Origin: Chrysomallon squamiferum
Taxonomy: Eukaryota; Animalia; Mollusca
DNA: 64,000 bases
Assembly: GCA_012295275.1 (NCBI GenBank)
Contig: CM022677.1
Location: forward strand, 15,748,001 to 15,812,000
Reading direction: 5' to 3'
Notes under the pieces: model-generated
Told to the model about the DNA's origin: nothing
What the model saw: the letters and a program-made list of their open reading frames with translations, nothing else
The model's database searches: none
Shown here: in pieces, positions 14,200 to 27,789 of the stretch
Numbering within the stretch: position 1 is the stretch's first letter
Layout of the letters: the number at the start of each line of letters is the position of its first letter
Translations under genes and position numbers: made by a program

Positions 14200-14305
14200 C
14201 AGGGCTTGTAATGACCAGTCACCAAATGCTACCAAAGTTCTGTTTGGGTGACTGGGATGTTAAAATATTATATGGGTGACCTTTTTTTTTTCTGTAAGTT
14301 ATAAA
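14200..14305 (-). mobile_element. Terminal fragment of the same hAT-like family
   Basis: CAGGGCTTGTAATGACCAGTCACCAAATGCTACCAAAGTTC is the reverse complement of the element end at ~32085-32221. Confidence 0.7.
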
Positions 14306-14725
14306 ACAAGAGCCACTATTAATAATTTGATGTCAATATTTATTTCACAGAGTGTTAGTTAAAATGGTAGAATTCTCTTTATTTTGTTCTCTGTAATGCA
14401 CACCTACAATTTTTTTTATTTTTAATCAGTGTTTTAATTCATTAATTGTAAGGTTTGTTGCAGGCAAAGCATTTACCTTTTTAAAAGTTATTTTTGCTTC
14501 TTCTGAATGTTACCATCATATCCAGATAAATAAAGTCAATATTAAAACATTGTTAAAGTATAATTCACTGATAATGTTTAATACTTTTCCACGACTGAAA
14601 TATTTCTTGCCAAAGATTTTATTGTGTAAATTAATCATATGGTCCTAGCCTGGATTAGATAAAAAAAATAGTCAATGAAATAATGTTTAGATTTAGATAA
14701 TAATTTATTATTATTGTATCTACAG

Positions 14726-14940
14726 GAAAGACATGATTCTGGAATCATCTTCATTTCTAAAAATATGGAGAAGAATATAAAGGTTACTTCAAACAGTTGA
14801 GATATCTACTGATTTAGACCAACATGGATTTTTCTTTCCAAAGGCAGAGAAGTTGTTGATATGTGGTATTTGTTGATTGATTGTTCTCCAAACGTTAACA
14901 GTGGATGATTCTGGTTAAAATGGAACAAAAAACTTCCACT
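14726..14940 (+). pseudogene. Isolated UPA-like exon, family copy 2
   Basis: tgtatctacag| then HDSGIIFISKNMEKNIKVTSN..; clear nucleotide paralogue of the minus-strand exon starting at 34131; its upstream intron matches ~2160-2410 inverted. Confidence 0.55.
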
Positions 14941-16445
14941 GTAATACCATAAGTGATTTAAAGGAATGGCATTTACTTAGTGTTTGATGGATGGATATAC
15001 AGATAGCTAAAGAGACAGGCAGGTCAGTAGGTTCATATCTAGCTATAGAATGATAAATAGATAGACAGAAAGATAGCTAGAAAGATAGATAGTAAGATAG
15101 GTAGAAAGATAGGTGTAAGCAAGTATGATGGTAAAGTGGATGGCGTTGATTTGAGGATATGAACATATATATGTACGTAAACATACACACAGATATACAG
15201 AGAGACATAGAGGATTGGATCCGTGTTTGGACTGAGTTAGTGATGAACTGATAGATTATAGATAGATATCCAGAGGTAATACAGATAGATTATATAGATA
15301 GATATATAGAAAGATACAGTTGTTTGAAGTAGAGTGTAGTTAGATATACAGATCATTAGTGAAAAATAGACATATAAGCTAGAGAGATAAACTGATAGGA
15401 AGGTAGATATGTAGGTATGTCACTAGTTCATTAGATTGATTTGTAGACAGACTAATAGATATATAGACGCATGTATATAGAATAGAGAATAGGCACATAT
15501 ATAGGAAACGTGTATAGGAATGATAATGTATTTGTGTTTAGGAAGTGATCGATATGTATGTCTATATTAAAGGATGAGTAACTTGATGTTTAAAACATGA
15601 TGGATATATGGTAAAATGTAAAATGGGCACAAGAAAGGTAGCTTGACAGACAATAGATGCAAGGAGGCCTAACTAAGAAAGACTGAGTCTGTTGTTCGTG
15701 TGTTAGAGAGTGTTGCTTATGTGTATGGGATAAATAGATAAATGAATATATTGATAAATAGATAGATAGACAGATTGATATATAGATAGATAGGTAGGTA
15801 GGTAGATAGATGGATAGAGAGATACAAAGACAGATAAAGAGAGGTGGATAGGTAAGTGTGGAGGTCTTGATGTGTTTGTATGTTTGCTAGATAGGATGGC
15901 TGTATGGCACAATTATGTGTTTGTGTGTTAGAGAGAATGGGTATATAAATGCATGTGAAAGATAGTGTGCTTTTTGTGGGTTTTTGAGAGTGTCAGATGA
16001 CTGATAGAGAAATCAGTGAATGAATTTGGGTTTATGTATGTATATGTGTTAGAGAGGATATCTAGAGATGGATGGATATTTACAAACTACATAAATATAT
16101 ATATATACAGGTCCATAATAATGAGTGTATGTATATGAATATATTGTTATGTATTTATGTTAGAGGATTGGTATATAAATAAATGTGTAAATGAGAGTAT
16201 GTTTATATTAAAAAGAAAGGCTAGAGATAGATATATTGAGAGAGAGACTAATATATAGGTGTGGTTATATGTTTTAGTGTGTTACAGAGAGAGAACAGGT
16301 ATTGACCTCTGTATGAAACCGAGAAGTATGCCCAGTGTGTATGATTTTTCAGTGAATGACATAGATTAATAGAGATAATTATAGATCTGTATATAGATAT
16401 AGAGATAGAGATAGATAAGATTGACAGATGAGAGATAGATATGTG

Positions 16446-16451
16446 AGATAG

Positions 16452-16489
<38 letters not shown>

Positions 16490-16495
16490 CTATCT
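16446..16495. repeat. Perfect 50 bp palindrome AGATAGGTGC(AT)15GCACCTATCT
   Basis: Direct reading of the sequence. Confidence 0.9.
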
Positions 16496-16689
16496 TTATT
16501 AAAAAGAGAAAGGATTGCCAATAAATAAGTGTGTTTATGCTGTTTATTTATTTTAGATAGATTAGATATAGATTTGTGGTAGATTTACTTAGCGACAGGC
16601 CTGTGTACTGGTGTAAGAATATACTGAGTATTTATTTTTGTGTGAGTTAGAGCAAGGGGATGTGTGAATAAAAATGTGTTTATGTATAT

Positions 16690-17295
16690 GGGTCATTCCG
16701 TGTCAAATCGCCCAAAAATTTAAAAATTTACACCCGACCATCTCAGATTTTTATGAAACTTTTTATGGTATACTTGTTGACTAGGATCCCACAGCACAAA
16801 ATCTGAAATTTTAGCTCGATCAGACCATTGGTGTGGGAGATACGGCCCACCGAATTTTGAGATTTTTGGCAAAAATGGGTTTGACCACCAACCTTAGAAC
16901 CCTTGTATCTCAGGAACTACTGGGCCAATCTTCATAAAATTGGTATTGTTAGAAAGGCAAAATGACAAGGATTCCAAATCTGCCATTTTTGTTTAGTTTG
17001 GAAAATATTGGAGTACCTTGACCTTTTGACCTTTGCTATGACCTTGAAATTGGCCGTGTGGATCACGTGATCTTGAGATGACCTTTATTGAAATTTAATC
17101 TCCCACATGTTAACTAAAACATATAAAAGTTTCCTGGGTGTAATTTTTTTTGTTTAGCCACAATATAGATTTAAAAAATGCACATACATGAAAATAACAC
17201 CTTTTCAGCCATTAACATCGGATTAACTAAAACCTGAATGATCAATCTGAGACGGTCGGGTTTTAACCATTGGGTGATTTGACACGGAATGACCC
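16690..17295. mobile_element. Complete 606 bp non-autonomous TIR transposon (GGG..CCC ends; Sola2- or ISL2EU-like)
   Basis: 26 bp TIRs GGGTCATTCCGTGTCAAATC(G/A)CCCAA with one mismatch; subterminal inverted repeat cccgaccatctcagatt / aatctgagacggtcggg; ATAT on both flanks. Confidence 0.9.
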
Positions 17296-17885
17296 ATATA
17301 CATATATTTGTTAGGTAAGCTATGTCTGCAAATGTGAAAGCTGGAGTGCATATATTAGAAAGAGTGAGTATTTCTCTTTGTGAGCAAGACAGAGAATACA
17401 TGCATGTTCAAAAAGCAGTGTTCTTTGTATAATACACCCATTCTTGCTAAAAATAAACAAATGTTTTTCAAAAATACTCTGAAATACATACACTTCTGGT
17501 ATACTCTGTTCTCTTGTCTTTCTATCTGTATACAGAAATGGCTTTCAAATGAATGCCACTGTATTCAAAATTGGAAAAAGTAGCAGTACCCTATGTATCC
17601 ACATTCTCTCTAACACACAGACACATAATATTATACAGCTATACACATTTACACACTACATCTTTCACATTCACATATATCTTTCGATCTCTCTGTCTCT
17701 CTATCTACCTATGTATCTATCTATAATACATATGCATTCTCAAAAACACAGAGAAAACACACAAAAAACCCACATGATATACACATTCTTTCTATCTAAC
17801 TCATAAACACATTCTCACAGTTTCAAATACTCAAATCAACCTATCAGACATGTTCATCATTTCATATTCACTCTCAAAAAAAATA

Positions 17886-17940
<55 letters not shown>

Positions 17941-18659
17941 TATCTAACACCACATATATATATAGTCACACTTTATAACATACCCCACATTACCATCATA
18001 TAGTTGCTTACATCTATCATGTCTCTTAATCTGTTTGTCTCAGTATTTCTATATCTGTCAGTATGTTCCTCTGTGGCTTTCTATTTATCTTTGTTCCTTT
18101 CTATCAGTCTATTTATCTGTTAGTCTGTCTAAGTTTTTATCTTTTTCAAACTCTCTACCTCTGAGTCTCTCTGTCTCACTCATCTTCTGCATGCATAACA
18201 ACTTTCAAAATCCATATGTATCTTTCTGTTTGTCTGTCCATTTATAACCCATACAAAAGTACATCTTCTCTCTCTCTCCATATCAAATGCCCTATACAAC
18301 CTACCTACATAAGTACCTATCTTATCTATTTTTCTTGTATATATATAAATCATATTTCACTTTACAATCCTATTACAGTGAACATCTATCAATCATCTGT
18401 CATCTCCTTGCTTATCTGTCTACATAACCTTCCTTCAAATCTCCCTCATTTTTTATTTATCAGTATATATTTCTGTATATCTACCTATCATTTTTTTTTT
18501 TTCTGTATGAAAAATGCATGTTTTTTAATGTTGAATTTACATTATAAGATTTCAGTTTATTGTGAATGAAACTGGATTTTAGAAGAAAAATTGCAGATTG
18601 TTCAGCCTTAATTTTCACATTCATTATACATTTTATCTTACCCTTTTAATACATATTTC

Positions 18660-20540
18660 AGTTAATGTCGCCATCACTGCTTTCTTAGTGTGCACATCCT
18701 ATATACAAATATGTTACTCTTATTAGAATTAATGTAAGTTTTCTTTATTAATTTGAGCATTTTAATAACTATTATTCTTACTTTCTTAGTGTCTGCATTA
18801 AACTGTAATATTACTATTTCTATTAATGTTGCTGTCGTTGCCATTGTATCTCCATTTTTCTTAAGGTGCGCTTTTCATTATTCATTTTCACTTGTTATTA
18901 ATATTATTCTTGCATTCTTAGTGTGCACCTGCTATTTCAAAATATGTTGTTCTATTCACCATTGTTTCCGTCATATCTGTGTTCTTCTTGATGTTATTTG
19001 TGTACTTTTACTTATTTTCTTTCTATTAATTCTTAGACTCACTTTCAGTGATAATTAAAATATATTATTAGTATTTCTATTAAGGCTGCTGTTGTTGTGG
19101 TCCTACCTGCATTGTTCCTAGTGTTACTCGTGTATTTCTCCTTATTATCTAGTGCTTTCTTTTTTCTAAATTATATTATTCTTATTTCTGTTAACATCGC
19201 CATCGTTTTCTTAGAGTGCACATCCTCTATTAAAATAAATTAATCGTATTAGAATTAACGTTGTGTACTTCTCTTTATTATTTTCAGTGTTTCAGTAACT
19301 ATTATTCTTTCTTTCTGAGAGTCACATCCCTCATTTAAATATATTACTATTAATGTTGCTGACGTTGCCGTGAAACCTTTGTTCTTAACATTTTGGTGTA
19401 CTTCTATTTTTGTTTTTTCTTACTTGTGACAGTGTTGTGCTTTCCATTATTAGTTAGTCTCACTTTCAGTGTGCGCTTCCTGTCTCAAGTTAATGTGTAG
19501 TTCTACTTATTGTGTTGTGCTTTCTATTATTAGTTAGTCTCACTTTCAGTGTGCACATCCTCTATTGAAATAGATTATTATTATTAACATTAATGTTACC
19601 ATCATATCTCCATTGTATTCCTTTTTATTATTTTGCTCTTTTTATTAACTATTATTCTTACTTTCTTAGTGTGCACCCAATATTGAAATATATTATATTT
19701 ATATTATTCTATTTCTATTAAAACACTGTCATATCTGCATTCTTCTTCATTTTACTGGTGTACTTCTCTTTATTCTGCTGTGCTTTTTATTAATAGTTAT
19801 TCTCACTTTCTGTGTGTACATCCTGTATTAAGAAAGATTATTCTTATTTGTATTAACGTTGCCATCGTATCTGCATTCTTCTTGATCATATTGGTGTATT
19901 CTGTAGCACTTTCTATTAATAGTTAGTCTCGCTTTCTGTGAGTATTAATGTCGCTGACATTGCCATCATACCTGCGTTGTTCTTAATGTTTTTGTGTACT
20001 TCTCGTTTTTATTTTTCTTACTTGTGACAGGGCTAATCCTGTCTCACAATGTAGTATTATAATGACGTAATTGGTATTTCTATTAATGGCACCCTGTCTC
20101 AAAATCGTATTTCTATTAATGGCACCATCGTTTCCTCATATCTGCGTTATGCTTGATGTTACAGTGTACTTTTATTTGTTCTGTTGTGCCTTCTGTTAAT
20201 TGTTAGTTTCACTTTCAGTGTGCACATCTTATATTAAAATATATTATTAGTATTTCAATTAATGTCACTTTCTTTGCTGTCATAATGATGTTGTTTGTAA
20301 TGTTATTCATGTACTTCTCATTATTCTTTAGCGCTTCCTATTAACTGTTATTCTTATTGTTTTAAAGAGTATTTCCTATATTAAAGTATATTATGATGTG
20401 TATTAATGCTGTTCCTAATGTTATTCGTGTACTTCTCATTATTCTCTCTTTTTATTAACTACTATTGTTACTTTGTTAGTCTGCACATCCTATTTCAAAG
20501 TCTATAATAATATTATTTCTATTAACATTGCCATTATAAC
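18660..20540. repeat. Degenerate satellite array, unit roughly 100-140 bp
   Basis: More than ten recurrences of motifs like agtgtgcacatcct, tatttctattaatg and gtgtacttct. Confidence 0.85.
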
Positions 20541-20590
20541 AAAAATTGTAATTTTAAAAGACTGAATGTTTTTGTTTTTTTTACAATTAG

Positions 20591-22062
20591 TATAATATAG
20601 AAGGTTGGTGGATGTGAAAATTCCTGAAAGAATTCCTTACAGACTGAGTCTTTGATACTTTTCACAATGAGACACACTGTTTATTATTACCATCATTTTA
20701 ATTTCACATTTTACTGACAGGATTAGATTTATATTTTGACAGCCACATATATTTGTTATTATTATTAGTATTATTATTATAGTTATTGTTATTGTTATAA
20801 TTATTATTATTCTAAATCTTACTTTCAGGTTTGTTTATTTCTAGAGATCAGTGATCAGAACGTGCAGGAGGCCATATTGAGGTTAATATGTAATATCAGT
20901 TTATTCAACAAGATAATATGAAGTTATATTGGTTTAATTATCAAAATTAAATAAAAATAAAATAAAATAATTTCTTCATGAATAATTGTTTAAAATGAAA
21001 TTATAATAGTAATTTTAATCATTATTTTGATCTCAGACTTTTTACATTATTAAACAATGTTATATGATTAATTAAACATGTTAAACATCATAAATGTAAA
21101 TCTTTGTAATAGTTTAAATTAAAGATTCTATATTTTATAATATCAATGTCTGTAGATTGTCCTGACATTGTTTCAAGAAAAAACATTTAGTTAAATTATG
21201 TTTTATTTAGAAATCTAGAAATGTACACTATCTCAATGTTTCAAATATTTGGTAAAAAAAATAAAATAAATAAAGATTAAAAATATTTTTATTAATAATT
21301 TAGAAATACTGATCTCTGTACTGTTGTCAGCTTCCATCATATGATTTTTACATCAAGAACAAAATAACTAATATTTACTATTGCAGAATTTTCAGTATCC
21401 ACACACACTTCAACATTTTACCATTAGTAAACAAATATAGCTATATATTAATGTTTCTATTTCTTTTTAAATAATATTTACTATTTTAGAATTCTCAATG
21501 CCCACATATATTTCAACATGTCTGAAAGATTTCACAATGGTGTTGTTGTTGTGTGATGCTGCTGTCAACACTCCTACCTATGTCAGCAAATACTACTGGG
21601 TAATGTAATTATAACAATTTTACTATTTGAATTAGTTTGAACATTTAAATAAAGACTGTTTTATTACCAGTATCAGGAATTTGAAATTTACTTAAACTAG
21701 TGTCGTAAAATATTCTTAACAGAAGTGTCCCAATAGATTGTTCTGTAAATAATAGAAAGTACAAAGTATAAACAGTTAATAACACTATATTATTGCACTT
21801 CATTATTGACATGTTAAATTATTAAGTACAGAGATAGAGCTAGTTCATAACAGTATACTGTTATAACTTTATTAACATGTTTGTTTATAAGTAGTTATGT
21901 TAACAACAAAATTTAAGATGATAATCAAGGACTTGCACATGTGAAAATATTTAAATAATATTTGTTTCCTGGTTTTACAGGGATCTTTGGATTTTTAGTT
22001 TTCCAGCTAAAATAATGTGGAAGATTCTAGAAAGTCACCCAGATTTCAGTGTCAAAAACCAG
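20591..22062 (+). pseudogene. Decayed exons, family copy 5: end of a ZU5-like and start of a UPA-like domain
   Basis: From 20591 EGW/DVKIPER../ILFTMRHT; 20829-20881 LFLEISDQNVQEAILR; 21490-21599 ILNAHIYFNMSERFHNGVVVV*CCCQH; 21981-22062 GIFGFLVFQLK. Intron phases are compatible across the last three exons. Confidence 0.45.
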
Positions 22063-22149
22063 GTGAGCCTGTCATTACATAGTAGATGGTGACAGATGAC
22101 AAAAACAAAACTGTAAACTATGAATTAATCTATCTACTGTTTAACTTGA

Positions 22150-24310
22150 TAGTGAACTTGATTATCAAGTCTTTTAGATTTGTGTTGAAACCAAGAACTA
22201 GAGTGGGTGTTTTGTCATCAGTGGTAGAAGTAGAAGAGCCTCAGTCAATAAATAACATGGAGGTAAAATTTAGAAAGACAGGAACAGGAGAAGAGTTTTG
22301 CATGGAGCAGATTACAGAATTTGACAGATTTCAAATTGATATCTCATTATTCTGATGAACAGAAGAAAATGTTAGAAAGAATACTTAACAAATACTCTGA
22401 TATTAAAGAGAATACTTAACTGATGTATTTGCTAAAGATAACATTGATTTGGGTTTACTGACACTGTAAAATATCACATATGCACAACTGATAACATACT
22501 AGTGTCAACCATACAGAAGAATTTCACACAGTCAGTATCAGAAAGTCAAGGAGCTGATCAAGAAACTTATAAAACAAGATGCAATTTGACCCACCCACAG
22601 CCCATATGCATCTCCTATTGTTATAATGAGAAAAACAGACAACACAATTCATCTGTGTGTGGACTACAGGTGGTTGAATGCTAAAACTAGGAAAGACTGA
22701 TTTCCACTACCTGCAATAGAAGAGTCATTAGATGCTTTGCACAGAGCAAACTGGTTCACTACACGGATATGGCCAGTGAATACAACCAAGTTGCAGTTGA
22801 GGATAAAAACAAAGACAAAATGCATTCATCACTCCAATGGGTTTGTTTGAATACAATCATATGCTGTTTGGTTTATCAGGAGCACCAGCCACATTTCAAA
22901 GACTTTAGAGAGCAGATATTTCATTGTTCTTTTTTTTTATGTGTACATAGAAAAACTAGAAGAGGTATTTAAAATTTTAAAACAGCATGGGCTCAAACTA
23001 AAACCAAGCAAATGCCATTTCCTTCAGAAAGAAGTGAAATAGGATATGATCCAGACAAAATAATGGCTGTTCTTGAATGGGAAGTTCCAAAGACACCAAA
23101 GGACCTGATGTCATTTTTGCAGTTTGCCAGTTACTTTGATGATATGTTAAAGGATTCTCAGTTACTGCTCGACCTTTGCATTCTCTGGTGAACGGGTTCT
23201 GAGATAAGAAAAATCAAGCATTGTTAAAGGGTGTTAGGGATGAGAGTTGTCAAAAAGAGATACTTTAAAAGACAAGTTAACTTCAGCTCCAGTATCAGGA
23301 AATGCTGATTTAAGTGAACATTTCAAGTTTTCAGTGAGTGGGAGCAGTACTGTCACAAGAGGAGCAAAATGGGCAAAGGAAAGAAATTACATATGTTAGA
23401 CAGAACTTGAGACCCACTGAGAGAAACATGAATAATAACAGTTCCATGAAATTAGAGCTTGGTCTGAAATGAGCTGTGACTGAAAAGATTAAAGATTATC
23501 TTCTCAAACATCAATTTACCATATATACAGACAACAGTCCAGTAAGTCATCTTGATAACACAAAATTACATGCAGTGGATGAAACATGGGGGTCTCTGCT
23601 GGCAGAATTTGATTTTGATGTGAAATATCATTCAACACAATAAGAATACCAATGGTCTATCCAGGAAGAAATATCATGAATGATGTCTACTTCAGTGGAA
23701 GCTGCATTGAGAGATACTGCTATTAGTACAGAAGTTACACAACCAATGAGACAAGTTATAAAATCATGGTGGAAGAAAAGTCACACAATAAACTGTCACA
23801 GTGGAAGCCACAACATCATTTCGAAGCTTTAGAAGAATTAGCAGTGATGCAGACAAAAGACAAGTTAGTAAGGAGATTGCTGTATTACATGGCTATCATG
23901 CAGAGCTGAGAGAAGATTAGAAGAATCAGGTTTCTTCACACTAATCTGGCAATGGGACAGATTATTTCTTGAAAACAACGTACTTTACAGAAACGTAAGT
24001 ATGCAGCAGACTGTACTACCAGGAATCATGAAGAAGAACGTTCTGTAGAGTTTACACAATCAGAGACACCAGGGTTTTGAAAGAAGCATGAATCTTATTA
24101 GAAGAAGATGTTGCTGGCTTGCAGTGCACAAAGATGTGGAACAATGGTGTAAAGAGTGTGAAAGGTGTATGGTGGCTAAACTGCCACAACCCAAACTGAA
24201 ACTACCTTTGGGACATCGTATTGTTATTAGACCTCATGAGATTGTAGCCATGGATTTCACAGTGCTGCAGCCATCTTCAAGAGGCAAAGAAAATGTCTTA
24301 AACATGACTT
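22150..24310 (+). mobile_element. Ty3/Gypsy LTR retrotransposon pol relic (RT, RNase H, integrase N-terminus)
   Basis: Frameshifted motifs PYASPIV, LCVDYRWLNAKTRKD*FPLP, GLKLKPSKCHFLQ, GAVLSQ..LRPTERN..KLEL, HQGFER..WCKECERC, RPHEIVAMDF. The YxDD region appears deleted; truncated within integrase. Confidence 0.95.
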
Positions 24311-24357
24311 TATGTTTTCTAGTATTTATTTTGTTTGTAACATTAAAAAGTTCTTAC

Positions 24358-24758
24358 TTCATTTCTGTTGGCGATGACCGTCCAGTTCTTCAACATCAAC
24401 TCAAACACATCGAGAGTCAGTTTGCTGTTCATCTTATCTAGAAGAAATATCACATTCCTTCCTCTCTACAAACATAAATACAATTATTATTAGTAAATAC
24501 TGTCTTAGAATGACTTAGAAAATATCCTTTTGACCTGAAAAACAAAAATATTTGGAGATTGTGTTGAATGGTTTAATGGTTCAAGGATTTTCTGTCTGAA
24601 ATGTTTAATTACGTGTTCACACATGGATAGGAAGACACATTTCAATTTATTTTGTAATGGAGCCAGAAACAGTCTGGTGGAAGCACTAATGTGATTTGAT
24701 TCTGTGACTACCCACCCTTCATACACTGACTTACACATTGACTAGTTTGATAATCATA
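24358..24758 (-). pseudogene. Decayed exons, family copy 4: UPA C-terminus and death-domain-like exon
   Basis: 24758-24613 reads VYEGWVVTES/NQITLVLPPD. 24465-24358 is an open 108 nt AG/GT exon, RGRNVIFLLDKMNSKLTLDVFELMLKNWTVIANRNE (MLxxW motif; resembles the 1398-1301 exon). Confidence 0.45.
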
Positions 24759-25434
24759 CTGAAAACACAGCAGTCAGTTTAATTCATAGTTTACAGTTTT
24801 CTCTCTAACTTTATTCCAGTGATTAACCCCTGTGAAATAAAATACTTGATAACCAATTTGACTAGAAAATAAAATAAAATAAAATATAATAAAATAAGGA
24901 AAGAAAATAATTAGGAAAAGTAGCTAAAAAATATTCATAAATCACGTTTTTCCTCGATATAATAGGTATTGAAACAGACCTATTATTTTACTAATTATTT
25001 ATTTATTATTATTTTTATTATATATAAATTAACAGAATTTAACTTTAAACACTGTAAATGTTTTAAAAAAAGATCAAAAATTAAAACCTTATATCACATA
25101 ATCCTAATTTTGATTTAGAATTTAACAATTTATAAAACTGTTTATTTCTTTAAAAAAAATTATTCCAATATCTGTAGAAATTAATGGTGGTTTAAGACCC
25201 AGCACAGACACAATGCAAGATCAATTATTAATGGAGCCCAGTGCGGAATGGGAAACAGGGTAATTTTTCAAGGGTAGAGTGACCTCTGGGATCATTTTAG
25301 ATTCTTATTTATTAAAACTAGTTGTAATTAAAACATTTATCAATTTAAATACTGATAAATTAAAAATTTAACAAACTATTAATCATATATATGTATATTA
25401 TAAGTTTTAATATACTTCTGTGTTATATTTACAG

Positions 25435-27180
25435 ATGACTGAACTTCCACTGCAGTCCATGTTGTCCACAATGTTGATCATGTGAGTTCACGTGACAGAA
25501 TTCTCACATTGTCCCCATGTTGTCTGAGCAGAATGTTCTCTACACACCAAAGGTTTGAAACTGCTTTTTTTATTGGTTTCAAAGATATAATTAAACTAAT
25601 ACTATATAAGAAAATAATTAAAACAGATTAGTTATTATTAACAAAAATCTTATATACAACATCCTATGTTTTGGAAATTAAAAAAAAAAAAAAAAAAAAA
25701 AAGCAAAGTGAACTCTTTATTATTAAAATCCAAGAAAAAAAGGCATCCAAAATATTATTTTGTTTATTTATGGTGAACAATCTTGTTAATTATGATGTTT
25801 ACCACAAAACTGAAGAAACTCACTGATTATGAACACTAAAAATTATAAACTTCTGTATTTTAAAAAAAATAACAGATAAGCAGATAATTTTCAAGAAATA
25901 TCTTAATGATGATTATAAGATGTAAAATGTATTTATTATGACTAAATAATTTTTAATTTTTAATACTTTAGGTAACTTTTAAATAATAATTTGCTATCCT
26001 TCCCAATGATAAACGTTATATTTTTTTTTTAGTAAATCAATTTTATTTATTATGGTTATCAGTGATAAGTTTTGTTTACTACTTTGACAGGATACACAAT
26101 CCCTTGCTGACCAGAAAAAGTTCTGTCAGGCCAAGGATGACTAGGCTTGTAGTACAATTCAGTGAAGAACAATCATTTCTTCAGTTCTTGGTGTTAAAAG
26201 AAATTTGTACCAACTCAGAAACTCAGATGAATTCATGTGTTTGAAATCAGATGCTGAGTATAATGGACAGGTAATTCAGTTTACAACTAGATTTTATAAA
26301 CTGTAAAATATAAATCATTTAATGTCATATGAGAATATTTTTAATATTATTATCTTTATATATAATTTTCTTTTTTTAAATAATGGTATCTCTAGATGCA
26401 AAGAAAAAGACAAACCATATCATTGATATAGCAGTTGGGAGAAAAGGACTACTTTAGAAAATGTATCTTCAAAAATTAATACATAAAGATTATTGATCTT
26501 ACTTGTTGTCAATAGAATATATTAATTTATTTACTTAATTAAAAGTAAAATAGATGTTACTGCTTTAAAAAAGAAAAAATATGTATTATTATAAAAATAT
26601 TAATCAAGTATCTGAGTTGATTTTTCAAACTTGTATTAAACACACATTTCCCCAGCCAGTGAAAAAAAAGAGGTCCAACAAGAACTGTTTAAATAAATAT
26701 AATTAAACTTTATTTTATTTCAATTAAATTGACTGTACTTATTATTGGTTGAAAACATTACTTCAGATTCAAATGATAAAATATAAAATTATAGTGGGTC
26801 TTGTTAAAATGTTTGAATGTAAAATTTTATATTTCAGAAAGCTATTTACAAGTATTGTTATCCACTGAATCTAAATGACTTGTCAAGTTTGCCTCCAAGT
26901 TCTTCAAGTTTTCTGACTGTACTGATCTAAGTAAACAGAAGACAAAACATCTCCAAAGTAAATATAAAGAACTGAATAACTGGATAAAATTCAAAGCTTT
27001 TAGGAAATTCCACACCAAAATAACATTTTAAAAACATTACTTGTGTGAATCAAGGACTGTTCTTATTGAAGAATTTATAATATTGCGATACTGAATTTAG
27101 ATTCAAAGCTACAATGTTGTTCATGAAAGTTGTGATCAGATATACTCAGTATACTGAATGTTTGTACCAGACACAGCACC
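25435..27180 (+). pseudogene. Decayed exons possibly encoding Ulp1/C48-like protease and PHD finger (transposon accessory gene?)
   Basis: Exon 26091-26270 ends ISSVLGVKRNLYQLRNSDEFMCLKSDAEYNGQ; ~27050-27170 reads DCSY*..*IQSYNVVHESC..MFVP; catalytic residues not seen. Confidence 0.3.
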
Positions 27181-27789
27181 AAGTACAGACAAGTTACTTT
27201 TTGAAAATGATTTAATGTCAGAAATCCTTGTTTACTGACTTAAAACAAAAACACACACTTCATATTAAAAAAATGTTTGGTTTAAGGGAGATAATTGTTT
27301 TTAAATTTAATTTTATATTTTTAAATAATTGTTTTTGAAATAATAATGTACTTAATAATCTAATCAAAACTTAAAATAAAAAAATACCAAGTGTTCTGGT
27401 AAAGATTTATCCTATAAAACTTTGTTAAAACATAAAATGGAATCAGTTGTGTAAACCTATATTTATCATGTATTTGTTGTTTGGAAGATAAAATCATAAA
27501 TTGAAAATGTTCTTAATGACTAATTTGCAGGTTTCATTATCTGTCAAGTTATTTATTAAGTTTTATAGTTTTTGTAAACAAATGTCTTGGTATTCTTTTT
27601 TTATGTTGTATATTTTATTAATATATTTTTATTGATCAATCGAAATCATGGTAGCCTCTCAACTCTTTAAAAGGTTATGAAATATTTAAAATAATTTTTA
27701 ATTTGAAACTTACAAACGTTTTATATCATGGTTTTCTACATTTTTGATTACAGATTTTGGCAAAGTTTTTCTAAAATTGTATTTTTTGT

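Noticed and set aside
24358-24758. Ulp1 protease exons (MCLPIHV, IFLLD..NW)
   Set aside because: No catalytic HW motif, and similarity to other family exons plus shared intron sequence favour UPA/death domain; not fully excluded.
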